In this document: positions 1 to 9,698 of the stretch, piece by piece | How positions within the stretch are numbered: the first letter of the stretch is position 1 | Layout of the letters: every line of letters begins with the position of its first letter | NCBI GenBank assembly: GCA_945903275.1 | Contig: CAMDNW010000008.1 | Span: 5,895 to 69,894, forward strand | DNA: 64,000 nt | DNA from: Thermoflexus hugenholtzii JAD2 | GTDB taxonomy: Bacteria; Chloroflexota; Dehalococcoidia; UBA2979 | Reading direction: 5' to 3' | Program-made: the position numbers and the translations under genes | Notes under the pieces: generated by a model | What the model was told of the DNA's origin: nothing | What the model saw: the letters and a program-made list of their open reading frames with translations, nothing else | The model's database searches: none

Positions 1-1114
1 GCTGAATCAACTTCGGCTCGACAAACTCCGACATCAGCTCGTCAAGCACAGTTCCCCACGAGGCGCCCGCTGCGGCCTCGACGCCACGCTCGCGAGCGAT
101 GACGCGGAGGTCGTCCACCTCACGGTGCTGCGTGTAATCGATGCCGGTGTGCTCTAGGAGCGCTTCGCGGTACGTCGTGCGCCGCCATGGGGCTTCGAGG
201 TCGATAACGTGCTCACCGAACGGCAGTTGCAGTGTCCCGGCTACCTCGCGCGCCACGAAGCGGTAGAGGTCTTCGACCATGCGGGCGACATCCATGTAGT
301 CGGCGTACGCCTCGTAGGATTCAAGGAGCGTGAACTCAGGGTTATGTCGCCTATCGATGCCCTCGTTGCGGAAGACGCGACCCAGTTCAAAGACCTTGTC
401 GAAACCGCCGACGAGCAGGCGCTTCAGGTGCAGTTCGAGAGAGATGCGCAGAAAGAGCGCGCGGTCGAGGGCGTTGTGGTGCGTCACGAACGGGCGCGCC
501 GCTGCCCCGCCCGCGTGTTCTTGGAGCACCGGCGTCTCGACCTCCAAGAAACCGCGATCGGCGAAGAACTCCCGCACCGAAGCGACCACCCGTGCGCGTG
601 CGCGTGCAATTTCGCGCGACCGTTCGTTGGCGATGAGGTCAAGGTAGCGCTGGCGGTAACGCGACTCGACGTCGGTCATGCCGTGCCATTTCTCCGGCAG
701 CGGGCGGAGCGCCTTTGTGATGACCGCCCACGCCTCAACACCCACAGTGATCTCGCCAGTGCGGGTGCGGAAGAGCCGGCCGCTGGCCTGCACGAAGTCG
801 CCGATGTCGAGCAACGAGAGGCGTTCGAACGCCTCGAGAAGTACGTCTTGGCGCAATTGCAGTTGGATGCGACCGGAGCCGTCGCGGACGTCGAGGAACG
901 CGACGCGGCCCATAACGCGCTGCGCCGTGACACGCCCGGTGACCGCAACGGCGATATCCGTGGGTTGACCGGCTGCCTCGGCAGCTGCGAATGCAGCGAC
1001 CGCCGCCGCGGTCTCATGGGTGCGTTCGACGCGCGCGGGGTACGGGTCACCCTCCGCACGCAGGCGCGCACGCTTGTCGAGCCGCTGCGCGAACAGTTCT
1101 TCTTCGGTCGGCAT
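1..1114 (-). CDS. lysS: lysyl-tRNA synthetase, class II (partial; C-terminus runs off the left edge)
   Basis: Reverse-strand translation from ATG at 1114 (GAGGA a few nt upstream) reads MPTEEELFAQRLDKRARLRAEGDPYPARV...GRVAFLDVRDGSGRIQLQL...RYRQRYLDLI...FLEVETPVLQ...FVTHHNALD...LKRLLVGGFDKVFELGRVFRNEGIDRRHNPEFTLLESYEAYADY. This gives an OB-fold region plus the class II LysRS motifs. It is absent from the ORF track because no stop lies inside the window. The + ORF 209..1162 is its antisense shadow. Confidence 0.9.
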   Translation of the reverse strand, partial: MPTEEELFAQRLDKRARLRAEGDPYPARVERTHETAAAVAAFAAAEAAGQPTDIAVAVTGRVTAQRVMGRVAFLDVRDGSGRIQLQLRQDVLLEAFERLSLLDIGDFVQASGRLFRTRTGEITVGVEAWAVITKALRPLPEKWHGMTDVESRYRQRYLDLIANERSREIARARARVVASVREFFADRGFLEVETPVLQEHAGGAAARPFVTHHNALDRALFLRISLELHLKRLLVGGFDKVFELGRVFRNEGIDRRHNPEFTLLESYEAYADYMDVARMVEDLYRFVAREVAGTLQLPFGEHVIDLEAPWRRTTYREALLEHTGIDYTQHREVDDLRVIARERGVEAAAGASWGTVLDELMSEFVEPKLIQ

Positions 1115-1133
1115 TACATCCTCGGTAACAGGA

Positions 1134-1154
1134 CGGGCGGGGATTCCCCCGCCC
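1134..1154 (-). terminator. GC-rich hairpin between greA stop and lysS start (possible terminator or processing/attenuation hairpin)
   Basis: Perfect 9-bp stem CGGGCGGGG / CCCCGCCCG with a 3-nt loop, about 30 nt after the greA stop and 20 nt before the lysS ATG. No U-tract follows, so terminator function is uncertain. Confidence 0.3.
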
Positions 1155-1184
1155 GTTGCTGATTGTTCTCTCCGGCCGTCGCGG

Positions 1185-1658
1185 CTACGAGACGGAGACG
1201 ATCGTCATTGCGACAAGTCCGGCAGGAGCCGTTACCTGCACTTTGTCACCGCGCTTCTTGCCGAGCAATGCCCGGCCGACTGGCGACTCGTGACTGATGC
1301 GGCCCTCGCCGGGGGATGCCTCAGCCGGCCCGACGACCTGATACTCGCGCCGCTTGCCATCTGAGGTGCGCAGTGTCACTGAGGAGCCGACGCGCACCTC
1401 TTTCGAGCCGTGCGCGGCTTCTTCATCGATGATCTGGGCACGCTCCAGCATGCTCTCAATTTCGATGATGCGGCCTTCGAGAAACGCCTGTTGGTTCTTC
1501 GCTTCCTCGTACTGGCCATCCACCTGGGCCATGCCGAGTTCCTGTGCCTCACGGATAGAGAGCGCGACTTCCGCGCGTTTCACGGTGCGCAGTTCGAGCA
1601 ACTCGTCTTCGAGGCGCTTTAACCCGGCTTTGGTCAGTAATACTGGCTGTGCGGTCAT
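1185..1658 (-). CDS. greA: transcription elongation factor GreA
   Basis: The ORF track protein contains MTAQPVLLTKAGLKRLEDELLELR...QELGMAQVDGQYEEAKNQQAFLEGRIIEIE...VTLRTSDGKRREYQVVG..EASPGEGRISHESPVGRALLGKKRGDKV. I chose the internal ATG (1658) preceded by GAGGA, which gives the typical ~157 aa length. Confidence 0.9.
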   Translation of the reverse strand: MTAQPVLLTKAGLKRLEDELLELRTVKRAEVALSIREAQELGMAQVDGQYEEAKNQQAFLEGRIIEIESMLERAQIIDEEAAHGSKEVRVGSSVTLRTSDGKRREYQVVGPAEASPGEGRISHESPVGRALLGKKRGDKVQVTAPAGLVAMTIVSVS

Positions 1659-1934
1659 CGTGTCCTCTGGCTCTCGCCAATTGATAAGGTGCGTACGCGA
1701 AAAGCGAAACGGACTCGCCACCGGGGCCAGTCCGTCGAATCGTCTCGTCGCGTTCGTTAGTCTAATCTTAGCCGACAGGGGCCATCTCTCGCAATATCAC
1801 CCTGACATCTGCGGACCGCGTGGCGAAGCGGGGGCCGATGGTAAAATCGATACCACGCTAAGCCGAACACCTGTAAGCCGAAGGGAGCCGAGGCCATCCG
1901 CAGCGCCGTATTCGTCTCCGCTCTTGTATCGCTC

Positions 1935-2969
1935 GTGCTGGGCCTCGTCGGGGGCCTAGGAGGCGGCTACTTGGCCAGCAGGGCTGTCGAGTCGCAGACC
2001 GCCCCGGAAGCGAGCAGCAGCGGGAGATCGGTGCTCGACACGCAGGCTCGCATTCGGAGCGCCGTGGATCGCGTGCTGCCCAACGTCGTGCTCGTCCTCG
2101 CGGACACTGAGGAGCGCCGAAATGTGGGTTCCGGTGTAGTCGTCAGCCCGAACGGGCACATTCTGACCAACTCGCACGTCGTCCGGGGGGCTACCGAGGT
2201 CAGCATCGTGCTGGCGAACGGCAACGAACGTCCGGCGCGGCTGATCGCCGACGATTGGCCGTATACGGACTCGGCGATGCTTCAAGTCGCGCCGCAAAAC
2301 CTGCGGCAGGTCGCCTTCGGGTCATCGGCCGCTCTCAAGCCTGGCGACCTCGTGATCAGCGTCTCGGGCGGCACCGGGGCGTTCGGGGGCGGGAACGCGG
2401 TCAGCCTCGGCGTTGTCTCGGGCATCAACCGATATCTGCCGCGCGCTGGCCATACGCTGGAAGACCTGATCCAGACTGACGCCGCGGTGAACAACGGCGA
2501 CTCCGGCGGTGCGTTGATCAATCTCAGCGGCGAGTTTGTGGGTCTAACCACCACTCTCATCCGCGAAGGGCCGGGAGGCGTTGAGATCACCAATGTCGGC
2601 TTCGCACAGGCCGCCGACGCACTCCGGCCCATCGCCGGCGGGATGATCAGCAACGGGACATTCCCACGCAACCGCCCCGGCATCGAGATGCCCGACGAGC
2701 AGCACCTTGAGATATCCCCCGAACTCGCCGCGCGCCGTCAGTTGCCGGTGCAAGCCGGCGCGCTCATCGTGGCGCCAGCACCGAATAGCCCCGCCGCCCG
2801 CGCTGGGATAGTCGCAGGCGACATTGTGACCGGATTGAACGGCGTGGCCATTTCCTTCGACCTGCCGCTAGTTAACATTCTGAAGCGCGTCCCGCGCGGC
2901 CAACGGCTCGACCTAGCCATCATCCGCGACGGACGCACTCTGACCGTGCAGATCGCACCGGGGAACTGA
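1935..2969 (+). CDS. HtrA/DegP-family trypsin-like serine protease with C-terminal PDZ domain
   Basis: N-terminal hydrophobic segment, then GSGVVVSPNGHILTNSHVV (His) and DAAVNNGDSGGALINLSGEFVGL (Ser). A C-terminal PDZ-like region reads AARAGIVAGDIVTGLNGVAI. GTG 1935 is the first start after the in-frame TAA at 1842. Confidence 0.85.
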   Translation: MLGLVGGLGGGYLASRAVESQTAPEASSSGRSVLDTQARIRSAVDRVLPNVVLVLADTEERRNVGSGVVVSPNGHILTNSHVVRGATEVSIVLANGNERPARLIADDWPYTDSAMLQVAPQNLRQVAFGSSAALKPGDLVISVSGGTGAFGGGNAVSLGVVSGINRYLPRAGHTLEDLIQTDAAVNNGDSGGALINLSGEFVGLTTTLIREGPGGVEITNVGFAQAADALRPIAGGMISNGTFPRNRPGIEMPDEQHLEISPELAARRQLPVQAGALIVAPAPNSPAARAGIVAGDIVTGLNGVAISFDLPLVNILKRVPRGQRLDLAIIRDGRTLTVQIAPGN

Positions 2970-2971
2970 CT

Positions 2972-4891
2972 ATGCGTGACAAAGACCCCCGAGACCCGCG
3001 CGAGCCTCTCGACCCGTTCCCCGAGCGGCCGATCCCGATCCGCGACGAAGCGCACGACGACGACGAACCCGGCGACGATGAGTTCGAGGACTTCGACGAA
3101 GCAACGGAAGCGCCGCAGCACCTCCGAGGCGGTGGCGATGGCGATGGCGGCGGCAGCCGCTTTGGCGTAGGGAATGAGCCGGGCCTGTTCGGCCTCGGGA
3201 GACGCGAGTGGCGCGTGATCGGTGTGATCGTTGCGCTTGGTGTTGTGCTGGCGGTACTGCTATTGCCGCCGGTTTCGCTGCTCAGCCGCGGCGGAGGCAA
3301 CAGCAGCGCCGGCGAAAACATCGTCACCCGCCCGCGCAGTTCGATGCCCACCCTGCCGTCCGGGGTGGAGGCAGCCAGTGCGCTGTACGACATCGAAGGC
3401 AATCGCGACCTGCCTGGGCCGGTGACGCTCACCGTGCGGCTGACCAAGAGCACGCCAGACACACGCAGCCTAGCGTTCTACACGTACGCAAACAACGAGT
3501 GGCGGCGCATCGCCTCAGTGAGCGCGACGGACGAGGGCAAGGCGGTACGGGGCGATGTCGCCATTATTCCCTCAAACATCGCTGTGCTGCGGCGTGCAGC
3601 GCTCGCGCACCCGTTTGCGGCGATCATCCACGCGAGCGAAACGCCCGATCCGGCAAGCGAAACAGCCTCGATCCTGAGTGTGCTCGCGGGTGAGCCAACG
3701 ACGGGCGACGACGGCCTCTTACTCTCCGATCGCCTGGGCGGCACATTGCAGGGCCGGTATCTCGGGCTGACGACCAGCACGGCCACAGCGGCGTCGGCGA
3801 TCAACCGCATCTTGGCGGATCCCGTGGCGACGCGGCGGCACGCGGACGCGATTGTGGCGGCAGCGAACGCGACGCAGGCGGCGGGCATACACATCGACTA
3901 CCTCGGGATCGAATCGACGCGACGGATGGCGTTCAGCACATTCGTGCAGCAACTCGGGGAGCGGTTGAAGCAGGCGAACCGCGGGCTCGCCGTGACCGTC
4001 GCCGCGCCGCGTGGCGCTGATACCGGCGCCTACGACTGGAACGCACTCGCGTCGGTGACCAGCGCTATCTGGCTACGACCGCCCGCCGATCCGAGTGCGT
4101 ACTACGACACGTTGGAGCCGGGGCTGCGCGCGGTACGCGAATCTGGTGTGGACATTTCGAAGGTGTCGCTGGTGATCGATCGCCGCTCGCGGGAACGCTC
4201 GGGTGACCTGATCCGCGCGATCTCGCTACGGGACGCACTGACAGCAGCGAGTACCGTCCGCACGCGCCTCGATCAGGGCATTGCGCCGGGAGACGCCGTC
4301 ACATTGAGAGGGGCGAACATCGACCAGACCGAGGGCAACAGCGGTCTGCGCTGGGATGAGCGCTCACGGATGGTGATGTACGCACACGCCAGCCGCATAG
4401 GACCGCGCACGGTATGGATCGAGAACCGCTTCTCCGCCGCGTTCCGGCTCGACCTCGCACGCCGCTATGGATTGAGCGGCATTGTGGTCGAGGCTGCCAC
4501 AAATGATGCGGCGCTGCCGGACATCTGGGACACGGTGCTGGCATATGTGGGCGACAACCAGTTATTCCTCGAACTGCCGTACGGCCCATACCTCCAGCCG
4601 TCGTGGATGGCGACCGAGGGACAGATCGAGGCGGCCGCCGCCAGTGGCGCGGCGATCTGGCGCGCACCATCTCGCACCGGCACCTATGAGATCACGCTGG
4701 TGGTCTCGGACGGTGTGGTATTCGTCGGGCAGCGGTTGCCGCTCAGCGTGACACCCAACGGCGGGCGGACCCCGACACCGACAGCCTCGCCAGCAACCGC
4801 CACACCGACCGCAGCGGCTACTGCTACCACAGCCCGCACGCCGACAGCCACTGCAAGGCCCGCGACGCCTACGCCGAACCCGGTACGGTAA
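2972..4891 (+). CDS. membrane-anchored protein with degenerate GH18/YaaH-like domain and Pro/Thr-rich tail
   Basis: ATG lies 2 nt after the protease stop. The protein has an acidic N-terminus, one hydrophobic span (VIGVIVALGVVLAVLLLPPV) and a central region resembling a GH18 TIM barrel (AAGIHIDYLGIE ... AYDWNALASV). The DxxDxDxE acid motif is not intact. The C-terminus is PTPTASPATATPTAAATATTARTPTATARPATPTPNP. Confidence 0.6.
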   Translation: MRDKDPRDPREPLDPFPERPIPIRDEAHDDDEPGDDEFEDFDEATEAPQHLRGGGDGDGGGSRFGVGNEPGLFGLGRREWRVIGVIVALGVVLAVLLLPPVSLLSRGGGNSSAGENIVTRPRSSMPTLPSGVEAASALYDIEGNRDLPGPVTLTVRLTKSTPDTRSLAFYTYANNEWRRIASVSATDEGKAVRGDVAIIPSNIAVLRRAALAHPFAAIIHASETPDPASETASILSVLAGEPTTGDDGLLLSDRLGGTLQGRYLGLTTSTATAASAINRILADPVATRRHADAIVAAANATQAAGIHIDYLGIESTRRMAFSTFVQQLGERLKQANRGLAVTVAAPRGADTGAYDWNALASVTSAIWLRPPADPSAYYDTLEPGLRAVRESGVDISKVSLVIDRRSRERSGDLIRAISLRDALTAASTVRTRLDQGIAPGDAVTLRGANIDQTEGNSGLRWDERSRMVMYAHASRIGPRTVWIENRFSAAFRLDLARRYGLSGIVVEAATNDAALPDIWDTVLAYVGDNQLFLELPYGPYLQPSWMATEGQIEAAAASGAAIWRAPSRTGTYEITLVVSDGVVFVGQRLPLSVTPNGGRTPTPTASPATATPTAAATATTARTPTATARPATPTPNPVR

Positions 4892-4893
4892 AT

Positions 4894-5454
4894 ATGCCAC
4901 GCGTGATCGCCGGCTCCGCCCGCGGGATCATGCTCCGCCAGCCGCCCGGACGAGGCACCCGTCCCACCTCGGGGCGGCTGCGTGAGGCGATGTTCTCGAT
5001 GCTGGAGGCGACGGACGCGGACTTCGCAGAAGTGCTGGACCTCTACGCGGGGACGGGTGCGCTGGGTATCGAGGCGCTCTCGCGCGGTGAGGGGCGCTGC
5101 ACGTTCGTCGAGTCTGACCCGCAGGTATCCAACCTGCTCCGCGAGAACCTCGAACGGGCCCGGATGGCCGACCGGGGGCGCACGATCACGGCGCAAGTCG
5201 GGCGCTGGCGGCCTCCGGCGGGTGTGGCCTACACGCTTGTAACGGCTGATCCGCCGTATGATGACACCGAGGCGTGGGCTGCGGTCGCCGCTACGTTGAG
5301 CGGCGCACTCGCCCCCCACGCGCTGGTCGCAGTCGAGCACTCGGCGCGCATCGCAGCGCCCGAGAGCATCGGCGGTTTCGTGCTCTGGCGCGACCGCCGG
5401 CAGGGCGACGGCTCGGCAGCGATTTATCGAGCAGCGGGATGGGAGGCAGCATGA
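4894..5454 (+). CDS. rsmD: 16S rRNA (guanine966-N2)-methyltransferase RsmD
   Basis: MPRVIAGSARGIMLRQPPGRGTRPTSGRLREAMFSML...LDLYAGTGALGIEALSRG...ADPPYDD matches the RsmD signature pattern. The rsmD-coaD pairing is typical. Confidence 0.85.
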   Translation: MPRVIAGSARGIMLRQPPGRGTRPTSGRLREAMFSMLEATDADFAEVLDLYAGTGALGIEALSRGEGRCTFVESDPQVSNLLRENLERARMADRGRTITAQVGRWRPPAGVAYTLVTADPPYDDTEAWAAVAATLSGALAPHALVAVEHSARIAAPESIGGFVLWRDRRQGDGSAAIYRAAGWEAA

Positions 5455-5933
5455 CGGTCGCCATGTACCCAGGCCGCTTCGACCCGGTCACGAACGGCCA
5501 CATGGACATTGTCCGGCGGGCGACCGAGATCTTCGAATCGGTGGTGGTCGCCGTCTTCGAGACGAAGTCGACGCTGTTTACCACCGAAGAGCGCATCAGC
5601 CTGTTCCGCGAAGCGATAGCGGAGGCAGAGATACCGAACGTCCGCGTGCTCTCACTCAGCGGCCTGACGGTGAACAAAGCACATGAAGAGGGCGCGCATG
5701 TACTGGTGCGCGGGCTGCGCGCAATCACCGACTTCTCAGTCGAGTTCGACATGGCGATGATGAACGCCAAGATGGCGCCGGACATTGAGTCCGTGTACCT
5801 GATGACCGCGCTGGAGCATCTGTTCATCAGCGGCACCCGCATCCGCGAGGTCGCCGCACTTGGCTACAACATCGACGCCCTCGTCCCCATGGCCGTCGCC
5901 GCCGCGCTGAAGGTGAAGTTCAACCACTCGTAG
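5451..5933 (+). CDS. coaD: phosphopantetheine adenylyltransferase
   Basis: MTVAMYPGRFDPVTNGHMDIVRRA... (T/HxGH nucleotidyltransferase motif). The ATG at 5451 overlaps the rsmD TGA (ATGA). About 160 aa. The longer track ORF from 5274 overlaps rsmD and is rejected. Confidence 0.92.
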   Translation: MTVAMYPGRFDPVTNGHMDIVRRATEIFESVVVAVFETKSTLFTTEERISLFREAIAEAEIPNVRVLSLSGLTVNKAHEEGAHVLVRGLRAITDFSVEFDMAMMNAKMAPDIESVYLMTALEHLFISGTRIREVAALGYNIDALVPMAVAAALKVKFNHS

Positions 5934-5952
5934 CCGCCCGGGGAGGCGCACC

Positions 5953-6747
5953 ATGGATCTACTCGCACTCGTCGACCGCCTTGAAGAACTCGTAGGCACC
6001 GCGCAGAAGATGCCGATCGGATCGAGAGCCATCGTGGATCGGCGGCGGCTGCTCGACATGGTCGACCAGATGCGGGTCGCGATCCCGCAGGAGGTGCGCG
6101 ACGCGCAGGAGATGGTCGCCAGCCGCGACTCCCATCGCCGTGAGGCCGAGGAAGAGGCGGGCCTGGTGATCGCCCGCGCCGAGGATCGCGCTGCGCGAAT
6201 GGTGGAGGCACACGAATTGACCGAGGCCGCACGCAAGCGCGCCGCGGAGGTCGCCCGGGAAGCGGAACGCCGCCTTGAGGAGCGCATTCAGCAGGCGAAC
6301 TCGGACATCGAACAGCGCATTGCGGAGTCGCGCCGCCTGGCGAGCCAGCAGATGGATGCAGCCGACGAGTACGCGCGCGAGCTGCTGGAGCGGCTCGACC
6401 GCCAGTTGCAGTCCTTCGTGCGCTCAGTTGAGGCGGGCATCGCACAACTCGACACGAACGAAAGCAGCCGCCACCCGCTGCCGGAGTCGCCTGCGCCGGA
6501 GCCTACCGAGGCGTACACCCGCTCCATGCCGACTCCCTTACGGCGCGACGACGGGAATGACGAGAGGAGCGGCGAACCGACGTCCGCCTCCGAAGGGTTG
6601 CAGAACCTGCTGCGTCGCCGCCCCCGCGCCGTCGAGGTGGACAGGCGCGACCGCGGCGACGAGGCATCGGTGGTCATCAACGACTTCGACATGCCGGAAC
6701 TCGACGATGAGCCGTCGCGTATCCGCGAGGATAAGCCTCTCCAGTAG
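5953..6747 (+). CDS. coiled-coil protein of unknown function (ATP-synthase-b/DivIVA-like heptad region, acidic tail)
   Basis: 264-aa ORF with long E/R/A-rich helical repeats (AEEEAGLVIARAEDRAARMVEAHELTEAARKRAAEVAREAERRLEERIQQ). No catalytic motif was recognised. Confidence 0.65.
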   Translation: MDLLALVDRLEELVGTAQKMPIGSRAIVDRRRLLDMVDQMRVAIPQEVRDAQEMVASRDSHRREAEEEAGLVIARAEDRAARMVEAHELTEAARKRAAEVAREAERRLEERIQQANSDIEQRIAESRRLASQQMDAADEYARELLERLDRQLQSFVRSVEAGIAQLDTNESSRHPLPESPAPEPTEAYTRSMPTPLRRDDGNDERSGEPTSASEGLQNLLRRRPRAVEVDRRDRGDEASVVINDFDMPELDDEPSRIREDKPLQ

Positions 6748-6774
6748 ACCGTTCGTCCGTTGCCTACCGTCGTG

Positions 6775-9255
6775 CTATCGCAAGACGATATTGAGCAGCC
6801 GTCCCGGCACATAGACCACTCGCGCGACCTGCTGCCCCGCGAGTTGCTCGGCGATGCGCGGCTGCGCCTCGGCGAGGGCGCGCACTTCAGCCTCGGTGGC
6901 TTCGGCGGGCACCTCGATGCGCTCGCGGACGCGGCCGTTCACCTGGACGGGAATCTCGACAGTCTCGCGGCGGACGAGGGCCGGGTCGGCCTGCGGCCAT
7001 GCCTGCTGGTGTACTGAGTACGGGTGGCCAGTGCGCTCCCATGTCTCCTCGGCGGTATGCGGGCAGAAGGGCGCCATCATCAGCGCGAGTATCGCGATCG
7101 CCTCATCCCATGCGGTGCGGTCGCATTCGCCGGCGTCGCGGATACGTTGGAGGGCGTTGGTCATCTCCATCAGCGCGGCGATCGACGTGTTCATGCGGTA
7201 ACGCTCGATGTCCTCCGTGACTTTCGCAAGCGTGCGGTGGGTGAGGCCGCGCAGTTCGCGTGCCTCGGTGCCGTCGGGGGCATCGATGAGCCTCGGCGGC
7301 TCGGTGACGGCCGCCCAGACACGGTTCAGCCAGCGCGAGACGCCGACTATGCCATCGACGTCGTAGGGGCCGCCCTGCTCCCAAGGGCCGAGGAACATCA
7401 GGTAAGCGCGGAAAGTGTCCGCGCCCCAGCGTTCGACTTGGGCATCGGGGGCTACCACGTTGCCGCGCGACTTCGACATGCGCCGCCCGTCGGGGCCGAG
7501 GATCACGCCCTGCGCCAAGTAGCGCGTGAACGGCTCGTCGCCAGACACGAGACCAGCGTCGCGCGCGACCTTGTAGAAGTAGCGCGCGTACAGCATGTGC
7601 ATCGTCGCGTGCTCGGCACCGCCGGTGTACTGGTCGACGGGCAGCCATGCGGCAGCGGCCTCGGGGGAAAGCGGCGCCGAGGTGTTGCGCACGTCCGGAT
7701 AGCGCATGAAGTACCACGATGAGCACATGAAGGTATCCATCGTGTCGGTCTCACGACGTGCGGGCTTGCCGCACTGCGGGCAATCGACGCGCACAAAGTC
7801 CTCAGAACGCGCCAGCGGCGACTCGCCGGTCGGCAGGAACTCAACGTCGTAGGGGAGCCTCACAGGTAGTTGGTCTTCGGGCACCGGGACGATGCCGCAC
7901 GTCTCGCAATACACGATGGGAATGGGCGCGCCCCAGTAGCGCTGACGGGAGACGAGCCAGTCGCGCAGGCGGTAGACGATGCTCGCGCTGCCCCAGCCTT
8001 GTGCTTCGAGGTGCGCCGTGATCATGCGCTTGGCTTCGGTGCTTGGGATGCCGTCGAACTGCGCCGAGGCGACCATCGTGCCGGGGTCGGTGTAGGCGGC
8101 ATCGAGAGGCGCGCCGTCGTAATCAGGCGGCGCGATGACGACCTCGATGGACAGGCCGTACTGCTTCGCGAACGCGAAGTCGCGCTCGTCGTGGGCGGGG
8201 ACGGCCATCACCGCGCCGGTGCCGTAGGTGAAAAGCACGTAGTCGGCGATCCAGATCGGGACACGCTTTCCGTTCAGGCGATTGATGCAGTAGGCACCAG
8301 CAAAGACGCCGGTCTTCACGCGTTCCGTCGATTGCCGCTCGATCTCCGTCGTCTTCGAGGCCGCCTCGACGTACGCCTCGACGGCGGCGCGCTGTTCGGG
8401 CGTCGTCACCTGCGCGACGAGCGGGTGCTCGGGGGCGAGCACCATGAAGGTGACGCCGTAGAGCGTGTCGGGGCGCGTCGTGAAGACACGCACCTCGGAA
8501 ATACCGTCGGGGGTCAGGGCTTCGAGGCCGAATGCGACTTCGGCTCCCTCGGAGCGGCCGATCCAGTTGCGCTGCATCAGTTTGACGTGGTCAGGCCAAT
8601 CGAGCGCCTCGTTGTGCAGCAGTTCCTCGGCGTACTGCGTGGTCTTGAAGAACCACTGCTCCATGAAGCGCTGCACAACCGGCGTGTCGCACCGCTCGCA
8701 GAGGCCGTCGATGACCTGCTCATTCGCGAGCACAGTCTGGCAGGACGGGCACCAGTTCGCTGTCGCCGCCTTGCGGTAGGCGAGGCCCATCTTGAACATC
8801 TGCAGGAACCACCACTGCGTCCAGCGGTAGTACTCCGGCGTGGACGTGTTCACCTCGCGCGTCCAGTCGAACATCGTGCCCATCGTCCGGAGCTGGCCGC
8901 GCATACGCTCGATGTTCGCGTCGGTCCAGTCTTTGGGGTGCAAGCCGCCCTTGATAGCGGCGTTCTCGGCGGGCAGGCCGAATGCATCGAAACCCATCGG
9001 GAAGAGCACGTTGTAGCCGCGCATGCGCTTGAAGCGGGCGAGCGCGTCGGACGGGGTCATGGCGAACCAGTGGCCGACGTGGAGGTCGCCCGAGGGGTAC
9101 GGGAACATGGTGAGCGCGTACCAGTTCTCGCGGCCGGGAACCTGGTCAGGTGTGGTGTATAGGTTGGTCTCGGCCCAGTGCTGCTGCCAGCGCTGCTCGA
9201 TCGGGCGGGGGTCATAGCGGCTATCGGTACGCTCCGCGCGCTGCTCAGTGGTCAT
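6775..9255 (-). CDS. leuS: leucyl-tRNA synthetase
   Basis: MTTEQRAERTDSRYDPRPIEQRWQQHWAETNLY, PYPSGDLHVGH (HIGH) and RMSKSRGNV (KMSKS). Start placed at the ATG at 9255 (MTTEQ) rather than the upstream ATG at 9291. Confidence 0.95.
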   Translation of the reverse strand: MTTEQRAERTDSRYDPRPIEQRWQQHWAETNLYTTPDQVPGRENWYALTMFPYPSGDLHVGHWFAMTPSDALARFKRMRGYNVLFPMGFDAFGLPAENAAIKGGLHPKDWTDANIERMRGQLRTMGTMFDWTREVNTSTPEYYRWTQWWFLQMFKMGLAYRKAATANWCPSCQTVLANEQVIDGLCERCDTPVVQRFMEQWFFKTTQYAEELLHNEALDWPDHVKLMQRNWIGRSEGAEVAFGLEALTPDGISEVRVFTTRPDTLYGVTFMVLAPEHPLVAQVTTPEQRAAVEAYVEAASKTTEIERQSTERVKTGVFAGAYCINRLNGKRVPIWIADYVLFTYGTGAVMAVPAHDERDFAFAKQYGLSIEVVIAPPDYDGAPLDAAYTDPGTMVASAQFDGIPSTEAKRMITAHLEAQGWGSASIVYRLRDWLVSRQRYWGAPIPIVYCETCGIVPVPEDQLPVRLPYDVEFLPTGESPLARSEDFVRVDCPQCGKPARRETDTMDTFMCSSWYFMRYPDVRNTSAPLSPEAAAAWLPVDQYTGGAEHATMHMLYARYFYKVARDAGLVSGDEPFTRYLAQGVILGPDGRRMSKSRGNVVAPDAQVERWGADTFRAYLMFLGPWEQGGPYDVDGIVGVSRWLNRVWAAVTEPPRLIDAPDGTEARELRGLTHRTLAKVTEDIERYRMNTSIAALMEMTNALQRIRDAGECDRTAWDEAIAILALMMAPFCPHTAEETWERTGHPYSVHQQAWPQADPALVRRETVEIPVQVNGRVRERIEVPAEATEAEVRALAEAQPRIAEQLAGQQVARVVYVPGRLLNIVLR

Positions 9256-9379
9256 GGTGTATCGCCTTACCTGTAGCGCCCGCGCCTGCATCGAGGCGTA
9301 GGCGAGTGTGCCGATGGGCTGGCCGTAATCGGCGACGCCGCGCTATTCAGCGCCGCGCCGCCCAGGTAAGGGCGAGGAT

Positions 9380-9660
9380 CGGGAGTCCGTGCGAGGTAAC
9401 CATCGGGATGAGTATCGGAAGCACTCCGGAACCCGTCAACTCAGGAGCCGAGGCTAAGATGCAACACTCGCGGCCCCGCGGCCGGTCACGAACAACGAAC
9501 TGGTGCAGGCGCTCGGCCGCGCGCTGCACCGCCCGACGCTGCTTCCGACGCCCTCGTTCGCGCTGCGCCTGCTGCTCGGCGAGATGGCAGGTGAGTTGCT
9601 GTTCTACAGTCAGCGTGTGACCCCGAAGCGGCTACTGGATGCCGTCATCCCTTGCTCCGC
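9380..9660 (+). pseudogene. relic of a YfcH/TIGR01777-type epimerase (DUF1731 C-terminal part only)
   Basis: The frame opening at 9458 reads DATLAAPRPVTNNELVQALGRALHRPTLLPTPSFALRLLLGEMAGELLFYSQRVTPKRLLDA. As I remember the family, this is the conserved C-terminus of these epimerases. It is preceded in-frame by TAA (9455..9457). Weaker similarity (ALRNPSTQEP) lies in another frame upstream. There is no room for the N-terminal Rossmann domain, because leuS starts at 9255. Confidence 0.5.
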
Positions 9661-9698
9661 ATGGAGCCTCGTTTCAATCCGATCTCATAGAGTCTGCG

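Noticed and set aside
209-1162. 317-aa + strand ORF (and nested ORFs 330..647, 678..968)
   Set aside because: It lies exactly antisense to a reading frame with unmistakable LysRS motifs. Its composition is Arg/Ala-rich and it has no motif. This is a typical shadow ORF of GC-rich DNA.
3100-3170. GGC/GAT-rich run (GGGDGDGGGS) and the PT-rich tail at 4760..4880, considered as repeats
   Set aside because: These are low-complexity coding sequence without a defined repeating nucleotide unit.
7870-9162. 430-aa + strand ORF
   Set aside because: Antisense to leuS. Repetitive R/G/A/D/H composition with no recognisable family.
9256-9460. Possible T-box or other leader upstream of leuS
   Set aside because: I looked on the minus strand for the conserved T-box sequence (GGTGGTACCGCG-like). 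Only a poor match (GATGGTTACCTCG) was found, with no obvious specifier/terminator architecture. The region is better explained as epimerase-relic DNA.
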